Part shown: piece by piece, positions 46,211 through 55,859 of the stretch
Layout of the letters: every line of letters begins with the position of its first letter
How positions within the stretch are numbered: the first letter of the stretch is position 1
Source of the DNA: Verrucomicrobiota bacterium
GTDB taxonomy: Bacteria; Verrucomicrobiota; Verrucomicrobiia; JABWAM01
Direction of reading: 5' to 3'
Assembly (NCBI GenBank): GCA_023269615.1
Contig: JAHFSY010000003.1
Location: 87,665 to 151,664, forward strand
Length of the DNA stretch: 64,000 nt
Program-made: the position numbers and the translations under genes
The notes under the pieces: model-generated
What the model saw: only the letters and a program-made list of their open reading frames with translations
Databases searched by the model: none
What the model was told of the DNA's origin: nothing

Positions 46211-47554
46211 ATGGAATTCAGAAAATCCGCCCCCATGCTCCTTCCCCAAAATCGTCTTCTTCTCTGGGTCGGCTTCGCGTTGCCGTTTGCGGCGATCGGG
46301 ATGATGACGTCGTCAGCCGCGGTGGTTTCGATTTCGGTGATAGCGCTGCTGGTCGTGGTGGCGGGCGTGGACGCGGCGATGGCGCGCGGGCAGCTTCGGG
46401 GGATCCGCGTGGAGCTTCCCGACGTCGTGCGTCTTTCCAGAAACCGCGAAGGGACGATTGCCCTGAGGATCCACAGGGAGGGGACGAACGCCCGCATGGT
46501 GCGGGTGGGGCTGCCATTCCCGAGGGAGATCAGCACGCCGAACGAGGATTTCCGCGTGGCCCTTCCCGAGGGCGCGGCTTGTTCGCAGATCGCGTGGCCC
46601 TGCACTCCCTCGAAGCGCGGCAATTACCGGCTGAGCCGGTGCCAGCTGGAGGTTTCGTCCCCCATGGGATTCTGGAGTGCACGCAGTGCAATGGAAGTGG
46701 CGTCGGAGATCCGGGTTTATCCCAACCTGCTCGACGATCGAAAGCGGCTTGCGGCGATCTTTCTCAACCGCGGAAGCTTCGGCGTTCACGCGCAACGGAT
46801 GATCGGGCAGGGGCGCGATTTTGAAAAGCTGCGCGATTACATTCCCGGCGACAGCTACGACCAGATCCACTGGAAGGCGACTGCGAAGCGCGGCTGCCCG
46901 GTGACGAAAGTCTTCCAGGTTGAGCGGACGCAGGAGGTCTATGTCATTCTCGATTACTCGCGTTTGAGCGGGCGGAAGCTGGACAACGACACCGTGCTTG
47001 AGCGATTCATCACTGCGGCGCTGGTGCTGGGCCTGGTGGCGGAGCAGCAGGGCGATCTCTTCGGCCTGCTGACGTTCAGCGACCGGGTGAGTGGCTTCGT
47101 GCGCGCGCGCAACGGGCGGGCGCATTACGATTCCTGCCGCGACACGCTCTACACGCTTCACCCGAAGCGGGTGACACCGGACTTTGCTGAAGTCTGCGCC
47201 TTCATCCGCCAGCGCCTGCGCCGCCGCGCCCTGCTGGTGTTTCTCACCGACCTCGATGACCCCGTGGTCGCCGAGAGTCTCGTCAAGAATGTGGATCTCA
47301 TCGCGCGCCAGCATCTGATCCTCATCAGCGCCGTGCGTTCGCGCAATGCGGAACCCATTTTCAAATCCGAAAGCGCGGCTTCGCTGGACGACGTATATCG
47401 TCACCTGGGAGGGCATCTGTTGTGGCAGCGCGCCCGCGAGGTGGGGAAAGTGCTGCAGCGCCACGGCGTGCGCATGCTGCACCTGGACGATGAGAAAATG
47501 AGCGCGCAACTCGTGTCGCAATATCTCACCATCAAGCAAAGGCAGTTGCTGTGA
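46211..47554 (+). CDS. DUF58-domain protein (VWA-like partner of MoxR)
   Basis: 'GRDFEKLRDYIPGDSYDQIHWKATAKRG' is the hallmark DUF58 block. Has an N-terminal TM pair. Confidence 0.8.
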   Translation: MEFRKSAPMLLPQNRLLLWVGFALPFAAIGMMTSSAAVVSISVIALLVVVAGVDAAMARGQLRGIRVELPDVVRLSRNREGTIALRIHREGTNARMVRVGLPFPREISTPNEDFRVALPEGAACSQIAWPCTPSKRGNYRLSRCQLEVSSPMGFWSARSAMEVASEIRVYPNLLDDRKRLAAIFLNRGSFGVHAQRMIGQGRDFEKLRDYIPGDSYDQIHWKATAKRGCPVTKVFQVERTQEVYVILDYSRLSGRKLDNDTVLERFITAALVLGLVAEQQGDLFGLLTFSDRVSGFVRARNGRAHYDSCRDTLYTLHPKRVTPDFAEVCAFIRQRLRRRALLVFLTDLDDPVVAESLVKNVDLIARQHLILISAVRSRNAEPIFKSESAASLDDVYRHLGGHLLWQRAREVGKVLQRHGVRMLHLDDEKMSAQLVSQYLTIKQRQLL

Positions 47555-48570
47555 TCATCGATGTGCAAAAATTCGTGGAATCGGAGCGTACCCAGTGGGA
47601 ATCATTGGAGGCATTCCTGAAGCGCCTTGAGGCGGACCCCGATTACCGTATGGATCTCGCGGCGTTGCAGGAATTTCATCATCTCTACCGCAGGGCATCC
47701 GCGGACCTTGCGAAAATCTCGACTTTTGCCTCCGAGCAGGAAATCCGGCGTTACCTGGAGACGCTCGTTGCGCGCGCGTACGGCGAGATCCATGAAACGC
47801 GCGAGAAGCCGCACCGCCTCAAGCCGGTGGACTGGTTTTGCCGGACTTTCCCGCGGACATTCCGTCGTCACGTGCGTGCGTTCTGGCTTTCGCTCGCCAT
47901 CACGCTGGCGGGTGTGGCGTTTGGCGGCCTGGCGCTTGCGCTCGACCCGGAGTCCAAGGGTGTGCTTCTGCCCTTCTCGCATTTGCAGGGTGATCCTGCC
48001 GAGCGTGTGAAGCAGGAGGAGGCGAGCCTTGGTCAACGGCTGGAAGGGGGGAAGACCAACTTTTCATCGTTCCTGATGACCCACAACACGCAGGTTTCGA
48101 TTTTCACGCTCTCGCTTGGCATGACGTGGGGAGTGGGCACGATTGTGATGCTTTTTTATAACGGCGTGATCCTTGGCGCGGTGGGGATGGATTACATCCT
48201 GGCGGGGCAGACGAAATTTCTCCTTGGGTGGCTGATGCCGCATGGCGTGATTGAAATTCCGGCGATCCTGCTGGCGGGACAGGGCGGGCTGCTGCTGGGA
48301 GGCGCGTTGATTGGATGGGGAAGCCGAGCCTCGCTCCGCGCGCGCCTGCGAGCGGTGGGGCCGGACCTCGCCACCCTGATCGGCGGAGTCGCCGTGATGC
48401 TTGTGTGGGCCGGTTTCATCGAGGCGTTTCTCTCGCAGTATCACGAGCCGATCATTCCGTACGCGGCGAAGATCGCCTTTGGGGCGGTTGAACTCGCGCT
48501 CCTGGTCGCGTTTCTCAGCATGGCGGGACGCAAGGCAGGCAAGGACGAAACATTGAATGCGAAACTCTGA
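47551..48570 (+). CDS. Stage II sporulation protein M (SpoIIM/DUF95)-like membrane protein
   Basis: N-terminal soluble helical region followed by 5 or more TM helices ('LMTHNTQVSIFTLSLGMTWGVGTIVMLFYNGVILG'). Confidence 0.65.
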   Translation: MIIDVQKFVESERTQWESLEAFLKRLEADPDYRMDLAALQEFHHLYRRASADLAKISTFASEQEIRRYLETLVARAYGEIHETREKPHRLKPVDWFCRTFPRTFRRHVRAFWLSLAITLAGVAFGGLALALDPESKGVLLPFSHLQGDPAERVKQEEASLGQRLEGGKTNFSSFLMTHNTQVSIFTLSLGMTWGVGTIVMLFYNGVILGAVGMDYILAGQTKFLLGWLMPHGVIEIPAILLAGQGGLLLGGALIGWGSRASLRARLRAVGPDLATLIGGVAVMLVWAGFIEAFLSQYHEPIIPYAAKIAFGAVELALLVAFLSMAGRKAGKDETLNAKL

Positions 48571-49343
48571 TGCCTGGAACAAAAACCAACACGCTGGTCA
48601 TCCAAACCTCGGAGGGAATCGCATTTCCGCTGCTGCTGGCCAGCCCCGTGACACGGTTTCTGGCGTGGGCGATTGACGCCCTGTGCATCCTGGCGTTTTG
48701 CAATATTTGCAGCGCGGCGCTTGGATTTTTGAAATTCATCAGCTGGGACATCGCCTCGGCGGTCACGATCCTGGCGTACTTCGCCATTTCCATCGGTTAC
48801 GCCATGACGCTCGAGTGGTACTGGCGCGGGCAGACGGTTGGGAAGCGGGTGCTCCGCCTGCGCGTGGTGGACGCCCAGGGGTTGCGGCTGCAAATGAGCC
48901 AGGTCATCATCCGCAACCTGCTGCGGTTTGTGGATTGGCTGCCCGCGTTTTACATGGTGGGCGGGCTCGCGTGCCTGGTCAGTCATCGCGCGCAACGCCT
49001 TGGCGATCTCGCGGCCAACACGATTGTGACGCGCCACCCGCGCCTGACGGAGCCCGATCTCGAGCAGATCCTCGCGGGCAAATACAATTCCTTCCGCGAG
49101 CATCCGCATCTCGCCGCGCGGTTGCGCCAGCGAGTGTCGCCCGAGGAGGCGGGCATCGCGTTGCAGGCGTTGATGCGCCGCGACGAACTCGATCCCGTGG
49201 AGCGCGTCACCCTGTTTGAGCAGATCGCAAATCATTTTCGCGAGGTCCTCCGATTTCCCCAGGAAGCCACGGATGGGATCACGGATGAGCAGTATGTGAG
49301 AAACGTGGTGGACGTCCTGTTCCGCACGAAAATGAATCCCTGA
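48570..49343 (+). CDS. RDD-family membrane protein
   Basis: 'RFLAWAIDALCILA', 'YWRGQTVGKRVLRLRVVD' and 'QRLGDLAANTIV' RDD motifs. Confidence 0.7.
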   Translation: MPGTKTNTLVIQTSEGIAFPLLLASPVTRFLAWAIDALCILAFCNICSAALGFLKFISWDIASAVTILAYFAISIGYAMTLEWYWRGQTVGKRVLRLRVVDAQGLRLQMSQVIIRNLLRFVDWLPAFYMVGGLACLVSHRAQRLGDLAANTIVTRHPRLTEPDLEQILAGKYNSFREHPHLAARLRQRVSPEEAGIALQALMRRDELDPVERVTLFEQIANHFREVLRFPQEATDGITDEQYVRNVVDVLFRTKMNP

Positions 49344-49380
49344 TTTCCGTCGGGCAGCGTTTGTGTTACCCTTCCGTCGC

Positions 49381-51843
49381 ATGAAGAGGAAACCTGAATT
49401 GATCGCGCCTGCGGACAACATGGAATGCGCGCGCGCCGCCGTGGCCAACGGCGCGGATGCGGTTTACTTTGGCCTTCCGCGTTTCAACGCGCGCATGCGG
49501 GCGGATAATTTCACGGCGGAGGAATTGCCGGAGCTCGTGCGCTTTCTTCATGCGCACCATGTCCGGGCATTCGTCACCTTCAACACGCTCATTTTCACGG
49601 GGGAACTCGACGACGCGGAAAAGCAGTTGATCCTGCTCGACCGCGCCGGTGTGGACGTCGTCATCGTGCAGGACCTCGGCCTCGCGTGGCTGGCGAAGGA
49701 ACTCGGCGTGCGCATGGCGGTGCATGGTTCCACGCAGATGACCATCACCTCACCCGAGGGCGTCCGCTTCGCGCACAAGCTCGGGCTCCAGCGCGTGGTG
49801 CTCGCGCGGGAAACCTCGCTGCGCGAGCTCGCGAAATTTGAAAACCCGGAAGTTTCGCTTGAAACGTTTGTGCACGGCGCACTTTGCGTTGCGTATTCGG
49901 GTCAGTGCCTGACCAGCGAAGCGCTCGGCCAGCGCAGCGCCAACCGGGGCGAATGCGCGCAGGCGTGCCGTCTTCCATACGGGCTGATCGTGGACGGTGC
50001 GTTGAAGGAACTCGGCGACCGCCGCTATCTGCTTTCACCGCAGGACCTCGCGGCGGTGCATGAAATTCCGGAACTCATCCGTCTCGGCGTCACGGGCTTC
50101 AAGATCGAGGGGCGTCTCAAGACCCCGGAATACGTGGCGGCGACCACGCAGGTTTATCGCAAGGCCATTGACGCGGCGATGAAAGGGGTGGGCGATGTTT
50201 CGAAGGAGGACGAATACCAGCTAGAGATGGCCTTCTCGCGCGGGCTGTTTTCGGGGTGGATGCATGGGGTGAACCACCAGAAACTGGTGCATGCGCGCTT
50301 TGGAAAAAAGCGCGGTCCGTTTGCAGGGCTGATCACGCGCGTCGGAACGGAGAGCGTGGAGGTGAAGCTTGAAACTCCGTTGCGACCCGGCGATGGAATT
50401 GTCTTCGACACGGGCGGCGACACCGACCAGGAGCAGGGCGGGCGCGTGTACGAAATCCGTGGAAGCCATCTGTACTTCAAGCATGGACATCTGGATTTTT
50501 CGAGGATCAAGCCCGGCGACCGCGTGTGGAAGACAAGCGATCCGCAGCTCGAACGCGCGTTGAAAAAAACATTTGAAGGCGACATTCCCGAGCCCCGGGC
50601 GAACGTGGATTTTCAAGTGTCAGGCGCCGCTGGCAAAACGCTCGTGATCGAGGTGGTTGCGGGGGGCGAAACATTTCGGGCTGTTTCCACGATGTTGTTG
50701 CAGGCGGCGCTCAAACGGCCACTGACGCCAGAAATGCTTGGCGAACAATTGGGACGGCTGGGAGAGACACATTTCACACTCGGAAAACTTATCAGCAAAC
50801 TTGAAGGTGAAGTGATCCTGCCCGTGAGCGAGCTCAACCGGATGCGGCGCGAAATCATGACGCAGATGGAAGCGGCGCATGCCGTTTCAATTCAGAAAAA
50901 GACGGACAGTGGTGGTGAGTTGAGGCCGGTTCTGTCCAGCTTGCTGGCCGGGATTTCCCGTCAGCGTGACGTGGCAGATTCAGGCCCCGTGGAGCTGATC
51001 GCACTCTGCCGCAGCATGGAGCAGATCGAGGCGGCGCTTGCGAGCGGGTGTTCGACCATCTATGCCGACTTCGAGGACATCCGCCGCTATCATGAAGCCG
51101 TGGCTAGTGTCCGCAAGAAAGCGGGCGCGGCCATCCTTCTTGCCACGCCGCGCATCCAGAAGGCGGGCGAGCAGGGATTTTTCAAGCTCATCGAGGCCGC
51201 CGGGGCGGACGGCGTCTTGATCCGCAACCTGGGCGCGCTCGATTTTTTCAAGGACAGCGCGCTGCGAAAGATCGGTGACTTTTCGCTCAACGTCGCCAAT
51301 CCACTTTCTGCCGCGCTCCTCATGCGCGAGGGGCTGGAGCGGCTCACGATTTCGTACGACTTGAATGCGGACCAGGTGCTCGACTTGCTGAAGGCGGCTC
51401 CGCCTGCGTGGTTTGAGCTGACGGTGCACCAGCACATGCCGATGTTTCACATGGAGCACTGCGTCTTTGCGGCGTTTCTGTCCAACGGCACCGACCATAC
51501 CAATTGCGGTCGTCCATGCGATACTCACAAGTTGAAGCTGCGCGATCGGGTGGGAGTGGAGCATCCCGTGAAGGCCGACGTGGGCTGCCGCAACACCGTG
51601 TTTCACGCGAGGGCGCAAAGCGGCGCCGATTATCTGCGGACGTTCATGGATGCTGGCGCACACGCATTCCGCGTGGAATTCCTCGAGGAGAATGCAACCC
51701 AGGCGCGTGCCACCCTCCAGGCCTACCGTGAACTTCTCAACGGAACAATGAGCGACACCCTGGAACTGATCCGACAATTGAACGTGGTGAAACAACTCGG
51801 AGTCACGAGCGGCACACTGACGGTGCTCGCACGGGAATCATGA
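49381..51843 (+). CDS. Peptidase U32-family protein (long form with DUF3656 C-terminal region)
   Basis: 'ELIAPADNMECARAAVANGADAVYFG' and 'FVHGALCVAYSGQCLTS' U32 blocks. About 820 aa. Confidence 0.85.
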   Translation: MKRKPELIAPADNMECARAAVANGADAVYFGLPRFNARMRADNFTAEELPELVRFLHAHHVRAFVTFNTLIFTGELDDAEKQLILLDRAGVDVVIVQDLGLAWLAKELGVRMAVHGSTQMTITSPEGVRFAHKLGLQRVVLARETSLRELAKFENPEVSLETFVHGALCVAYSGQCLTSEALGQRSANRGECAQACRLPYGLIVDGALKELGDRRYLLSPQDLAAVHEIPELIRLGVTGFKIEGRLKTPEYVAATTQVYRKAIDAAMKGVGDVSKEDEYQLEMAFSRGLFSGWMHGVNHQKLVHARFGKKRGPFAGLITRVGTESVEVKLETPLRPGDGIVFDTGGDTDQEQGGRVYEIRGSHLYFKHGHLDFSRIKPGDRVWKTSDPQLERALKKTFEGDIPEPRANVDFQVSGAAGKTLVIEVVAGGETFRAVSTMLLQAALKRPLTPEMLGEQLGRLGETHFTLGKLISKLEGEVILPVSELNRMRREIMTQMEAAHAVSIQKKTDSGGELRPVLSSLLAGISRQRDVADSGPVELIALCRSMEQIEAALASGCSTIYADFEDIRRYHEAVASVRKKAGAAILLATPRIQKAGEQGFFKLIEAAGADGVLIRNLGALDFFKDSALRKIGDFSLNVANPLSAALLMREGLERLTISYDLNADQVLDLLKAAPPAWFELTVHQHMPMFHMEHCVFAAFLSNGTDHTNCGRPCDTHKLKLRDRVGVEHPVKADVGCRNTVFHARAQSGADYLRTFMDAGAHAFRVEFLEENATQARATLQAYRELLNGTMSDTLELIRQLNVVKQLGVTSGTLTVLARES

Positions 51844-51879
51844 CGAAACCGGGCATGTAACAGCAATGAAGGGACCTTC

Positions 51880-52407
51880 ATGAATTGCCCACGATGCGGG
51901 TCGGATCAAATGGTTGGGCTGCCAAGTCATCCAAAATACAAAAGATGGATTTTGTGGTGGGAACGAATTTTCTCAACAGGAGCCTGCTTCGCCGGATGCA
52001 AAAACTGTAAAGCTCGATTCCGCGTGGAAGAATCTGTCTGGAGTGGCCTGGAAAAAACCGCCTTCGGAAGCGAACAGGAAACCATGGTGGATCAGTATCG
52101 CCATGTCTTGAACGATGACATGAAGGGTCCACAGGCTTTCATTGTTCTGGGCGGCATAAGCATCGGCATGTATTTGAACCTGGCGATTTTCAAGATACCT
52201 GGAAGTCTTGCTGGAGCATTCGTTGTCTTAATTCCAACATTCCTCTCGTGGATATTTGGATGGTGGCTTTTTCGAAAACGGCAACAAGATGGCAAAAGTC
52301 CACTCAAGGTGGTCGCATGCGTTCTGCTCGCATGGATTTTCTATGTGCTGGTATTTTTTGCAGCATGGTTCATCCACCGCCTTTTGACGGAACCACTCAC
52401 GATTTGA
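51880..52407 (+). CDS. Zinc-ribbon membrane protein (hypothetical)
   Basis: 'MNCPRCGS...CKNCKARF' followed by 3 TM helices. Confidence 0.4.
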   Translation: MNCPRCGSDQMVGLPSHPKYKRWILWWERIFSTGACFAGCKNCKARFRVEESVWSGLEKTAFGSEQETMVDQYRHVLNDDMKGPQAFIVLGGISIGMYLNLAIFKIPGSLAGAFVVLIPTFLSWIFGWWLFRKRQQDGKSPLKVVACVLLAWIFYVLVFFAAWFIHRLLTEPLTI

Positions 52408-52433
52408 AGGCCAAGAGGGTGGGAATTCAGCGC

Positions 52434-52462
52434 TTGACGATATAATATACTGTTGCTATATT
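52434..52462 (+). promoter_or_regulatory. Promoter candidate TTGACG-N17-TATATT with an embedded AATATA...TATATT palindrome (putative HigA operator); implies a near-leaderless higB transcript
   Basis: Hexamers and spacing read directly from the sequence. The -10 element ends 6 nt before the higB ATG. Confidence 0.35.
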
Positions 52463-52468
52463 AGCGCA

Positions 52469-52750
52469 GTGATAAAAAGCTTTGCCTGTCACGAGACGGA
52501 AACGATATTTCAAGGAAAATTCTCGCGACGGCTGGCCCAGGACATGCAAAAGACGGCTTTACGAAAACTTGATCAGCTTCACCAGGCCCACGCTCTGACT
52601 GACCTGGCGGCGTTGCCTGGCAACAGGCTGGAACTGTTGAAAGGTGATCGCAAGGGACAACACAGCATACGCATTAATGGCCAGTGGCGCATTTGCTTTC
52701 GATGGACTGTGGACGGTGCTGAACAAGTTGAGATCGTGGATTATCACTAA
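52469..52750 (+). CDS. higB: HigB toxin (RelE/ParE superfamily, plasmid-maintenance killer protein)
   Basis: 'LRKLDQLHQAHALTDLAALPGNRLELLKGDRKGQHSIRINGQWRICFRW...VEIVDYH' matches the HigB_toxin family end to end. Confidence 0.8.
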   Translation: MIKSFACHETETIFQGKFSRRLAQDMQKTALRKLDQLHQAHALTDLAALPGNRLELLKGDRKGQHSIRINGQWRICFRWTVDGAEQVEIVDYH

Positions 52751-52763
52751 CGAAGAATTCCCC

Positions 52764-53087
52764 ATGAACATTAAAAGCCGATTCATTCCCATTCCCCACC
52801 CCGGTGAAACATTGACTGAAGATTTCATGAAGCCGCTGGGTCTTTCCACTTATCGCGTAGCCAAGGATCTGGGGGTCCAGGCGATCACCATCAGCCTGAT
52901 ATGTCGTGGCAGGCGCGCGATCAGCCCCGAGATGGCATTGCGCCTCTCACGCTATACGGGCACCAGTCCTGATTTCTGGCTCGGACTTCAGGAAAGCCAT
53001 GACCTGCGTCTGGCTGAGCGCAAAATGTCTTCACGCATCCACCGGGAAGTCAAACCCTGCCCGATGTTGCAACATGTCGCTGCCTGA
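52764..53087 (+). CDS. higA: HigA antitoxin (XRE-type HTH addiction-module antidote)
   Basis: 'HPGETLTEDFMKPLGLSTYRVAKDLGVQAITISLICRGRRAISPEMALRLSRYTGTSPDFWLGLQ'. Lies immediately downstream of higB. Confidence 0.8.
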   Translation: MNIKSRFIPIPHPGETLTEDFMKPLGLSTYRVAKDLGVQAITISLICRGRRAISPEMALRLSRYTGTSPDFWLGLQESHDLRLAERKMSSRIHREVKPCPMLQHVAA

Positions 53088-53118
53088 CGGGATGGGGGAT
53101 GATTCCGCAACTTGACTT

Positions 53119-53250
53119 GTCTGAGAGCGTGTCCGAAAATTCAGTATTCGAGGTAGGGACGGACCGCCGGGCCGTCCGCTACGCAGCGGCGCGCCCGGCG
53201 GTCGCGCCCTACCACGAGCAAGCAACTTACTTTCCGGACACGCTCTGAGA
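53119..53250. other. About 132-nt highly structured element with nested stems (candidate small RNA, MITE or REP-like element)
   Basis: Outer 16-bp stem 'gtctgagagcgtgtccg'/'cggacacgctctgaga', middle stem 'ggtaggg'/'ccctacc', inner 11-bp stem 'gaccgccgggc'/'gcccggcggtc'. Lies between higA and a convergent gene. Confidence 0.35.
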
Positions 53251-53293
53251 TAGGCGTCAGGCCAGAATGGCGCTGAAACTGGCAACCCTCCCG

Positions 53294-54367
53294 CTATTTA
53301 TTTTCCCGGGAAGTTTTTTCAGCTTCGTTGCTGACGAGAAGCAACTGGCTCTCAGAGCCTTTGACAAGGTCGAGGATCCACAACTCAGCATTTTCCCGGC
53401 GCATCACAATACGTGATGCATCAATCCATTTGAAATCGGAGAGACTTCCCGTGGCAACCTGTTTTGAAACCTGGGTATTCGGATCGAAAAGCATCAACCG
53501 TCCTTGTGAGCGGCGCTCTCCTTTAATCTGGTCAAGATAGAGGATCCCCGTGTTGTTCCATTGAACTTCGCCGAAGTAATGGTCGAACTCGAAGACTTTC
53601 CGGCTCTGGCGGTCCTTCAGGTTCATCAGGTAATACTGCCGGACAGGTGAGCCGACGGAATAGCCAAGCTGGCTACCATCCGGTGACACGCACAGGTCCG
53701 CGATTCTTTTGTCATCATTCCGGGTTTTATCGGATTCCACGATTACGGCAGGCCCGCCTGCTCCAAGTTGTTGAAACAGGATCCTGCCGTCGCGAACGCA
53801 GAACACGCCCTTTGAGTCCTTGGACCAGCACCAGGACCAATGATCGGCATTTTCGATGACCATTGGCTGGTTGGAATGCAGGTTTAAGATCAAAAGATCG
53901 GACGTCAGATGTCCGGGTGATGTCTTCAACAGCCGCGAAAACCCCAGCCACTTGCCGTCGGGTGAGTATTTCGGACATTTGCACGTCGACGGCGCGATTG
54001 TCCGGATTTTGCCGGTTAAAAGATCCCGCTCATGGAGTTCCCCAAAATGACTTTCTGTCCCGGCAAGAAAAGCGATCTTGGAGCCGTCAGGCGACCAACT
54101 CAGGCTGTTGATGCCAACGGCGACGTCGTCGCGCCATTCGACCGCTCGCATTTCAGGCAATGACAGCATCCAGAGCCGTGCAACAATCTCGTCTTTTCCC
54201 CGTTTGTGAACACCGATGAACGCCACCTGCTTTGCATTGGGAGAAACCTCGGTTTCGCAAACCATTGTGACGGGGTCGTCTCCCCAACTCAGGAGCGGTT
54301 TGCATAAAAAAAGGCCAATGACTGCAATCGCCAGAAACCACCAGCGTTTTTTGAGGGTCCTACCCAT
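53294..54367 (-). CDS. TolB-like periplasmic beta-propeller protein (PD40/WD40-like repeats)
   Basis: Signal peptide plus repeated 'SPDGSK', 'SPDGKW' and 'SPDGSQ' PD40 motifs. Confidence 0.65.
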   Translation of the reverse strand: MGRTLKKRWWFLAIAVIGLFLCKPLLSWGDDPVTMVCETEVSPNAKQVAFIGVHKRGKDEIVARLWMLSLPEMRAVEWRDDVAVGINSLSWSPDGSKIAFLAGTESHFGELHERDLLTGKIRTIAPSTCKCPKYSPDGKWLGFSRLLKTSPGHLTSDLLILNLHSNQPMVIENADHWSWCWSKDSKGVFCVRDGRILFQQLGAGGPAVIVESDKTRNDDKRIADLCVSPDGSQLGYSVGSPVRQYYLMNLKDRQSRKVFEFDHYFGEVQWNNTGILYLDQIKGERRSQGRLMLFDPNTQVSKQVATGSLSDFKWIDASRIVMRRENAELWILDLVKGSESQLLLVSNEAEKTSRENK

Positions 54368-54481
54368 CCATGGAATGTAGAAAAAGCAGTGCTGAGAGGC
54401 AATACCACCTTAAAGGATCAACAAATGCCTTTGGAACATACTTGGCATCCGTGGTTTTTTCATCCAGCCTTAAAAAATCTT

Positions 54482-55747
54482 ATGAGCCGATACGCACTTG
54501 TTCCTGATCGGGTTTGGGATGGGTCGGCTGACCAGCCGCAGGCTGGCGTTGCCGTGGTGGTGAAGGACGGTTTGATCGAGGCGGTGAAGCCGGCGGCTGG
54601 TATTCCCCCGGATGTCGAGCAGCGCGCTTTGCCGGGGTGCACGCTGCTGCCGGGGTTGATGGATGCGCATGTGCATTACAGCTCGATGATGGGGCCGGCT
54701 TTTCTCGCGGCGGGGGTCACCACGATCCGCGACGTGGGGAATGATCTCGATTGGATTCTCGACCAGCGGGCGCGTCATGACGCCGACCCGACGGCCGGGC
54801 CCGGCATTCTTTGCTGCGGGTTTTTGCTCGATGGCACGACGGCCCATTGGAAGATCATGGGGCGGGCCCATGCGGACGGGGAGGCATTGCGAGCGTCGGT
54901 CCGCGAAGAGGTGAAGCGCGGGGTGAACGCGGTGAAATTTTATGCGAACCTGAACCTTGAAATGTTGAGCGCCGGCGTGGACGAGGCGCGCAAGTTGAAG
55001 ACCTTTTGCACGGCGCACCTTGGCGCAATCACGGCGGAGGATGCGGCGCGTGCGGGGCTCAATGAAATCCAGCATCTCACGGGCTGCGGTCCGGCATGGA
55101 AGAAGAGTTCCACCGAGGAGCAGGACATCTTCATTGACCTGATGTTGAAGCACGGGATGATCATGACGCCGACGCTGGTGGTGTGGGACCGGCTTGGGCG
55201 CGTGTCAGACCTCGTGTTTGAATTCGACAGCCGCCGCGAATGGGTGCACCCGTGTCACCTGGGAATCTGGAATGAATACAAGAGCCGCTTCGGTCCTCCC
55301 GAGGGGCGGCTTCCGCTCCAGGAACCCGTGGCTCACATGAAGCGCTGCCTGAAGCGCATGCAGGATCGCGGGCTCACGATCGCGCTGGGGACGGACACAC
55401 CTTTTCCGCATCTGGTCCCGGGTTTTAGCGTGCATGATGAGCTGGCGATGTACGTGGATGCGGGCATGAAGCCCGTCGAGGCGTTGCGTTCCGCGACATC
55501 CGTGTGCGCAAAGATTTTTGGCATCGGGTCGAAGGCGGGGCGCATTGCAGCGGGATTCCAGGCGGACATGGTTGCGGTGAAGGGAAACCCGCTGGAGCGA
55601 ATCAACCAGATTGCGAACGTGGAACTCACGGTTCGGGCCGGGAGGATGTTTCGCTCCGCCGAGTTGCTCGGTCGGATTCGCGGGCAGGCATCGGAGCAGG
55701 CCGATGACCCGATCACACGCGATCTGTTGCGATTTCTTCGGGGTTGA
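54482..55747 (+). CDS. Amidohydrolase-family metal-dependent hydrolase
   Basis: 'PGLMDAHVHY' metal-binding start, then 'HLGA' and 'ALGTDTP' blocks. Confidence 0.75.
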   Translation: MSRYALVPDRVWDGSADQPQAGVAVVVKDGLIEAVKPAAGIPPDVEQRALPGCTLLPGLMDAHVHYSSMMGPAFLAAGVTTIRDVGNDLDWILDQRARHDADPTAGPGILCCGFLLDGTTAHWKIMGRAHADGEALRASVREEVKRGVNAVKFYANLNLEMLSAGVDEARKLKTFCTAHLGAITAEDAARAGLNEIQHLTGCGPAWKKSSTEEQDIFIDLMLKHGMIMTPTLVVWDRLGRVSDLVFEFDSRREWVHPCHLGIWNEYKSRFGPPEGRLPLQEPVAHMKRCLKRMQDRGLTIALGTDTPFPHLVPGFSVHDELAMYVDAGMKPVEALRSATSVCAKIFGIGSKAGRIAAGFQADMVAVKGNPLERINQIANVELTVRAGRMFRSAELLGRIRGQASEQADDPITRDLLRFLRG

Positions 55748-55859
55748 CCTGCTTCCGTAAACATCCGTTGACATCCATGCGGGAGGGATGTACCCAAATG
55801 GGTATGCACCCGCGGAGTCACGTCCGGACGACGCCTCCCGTGCAGAACCAGCCATTCAC

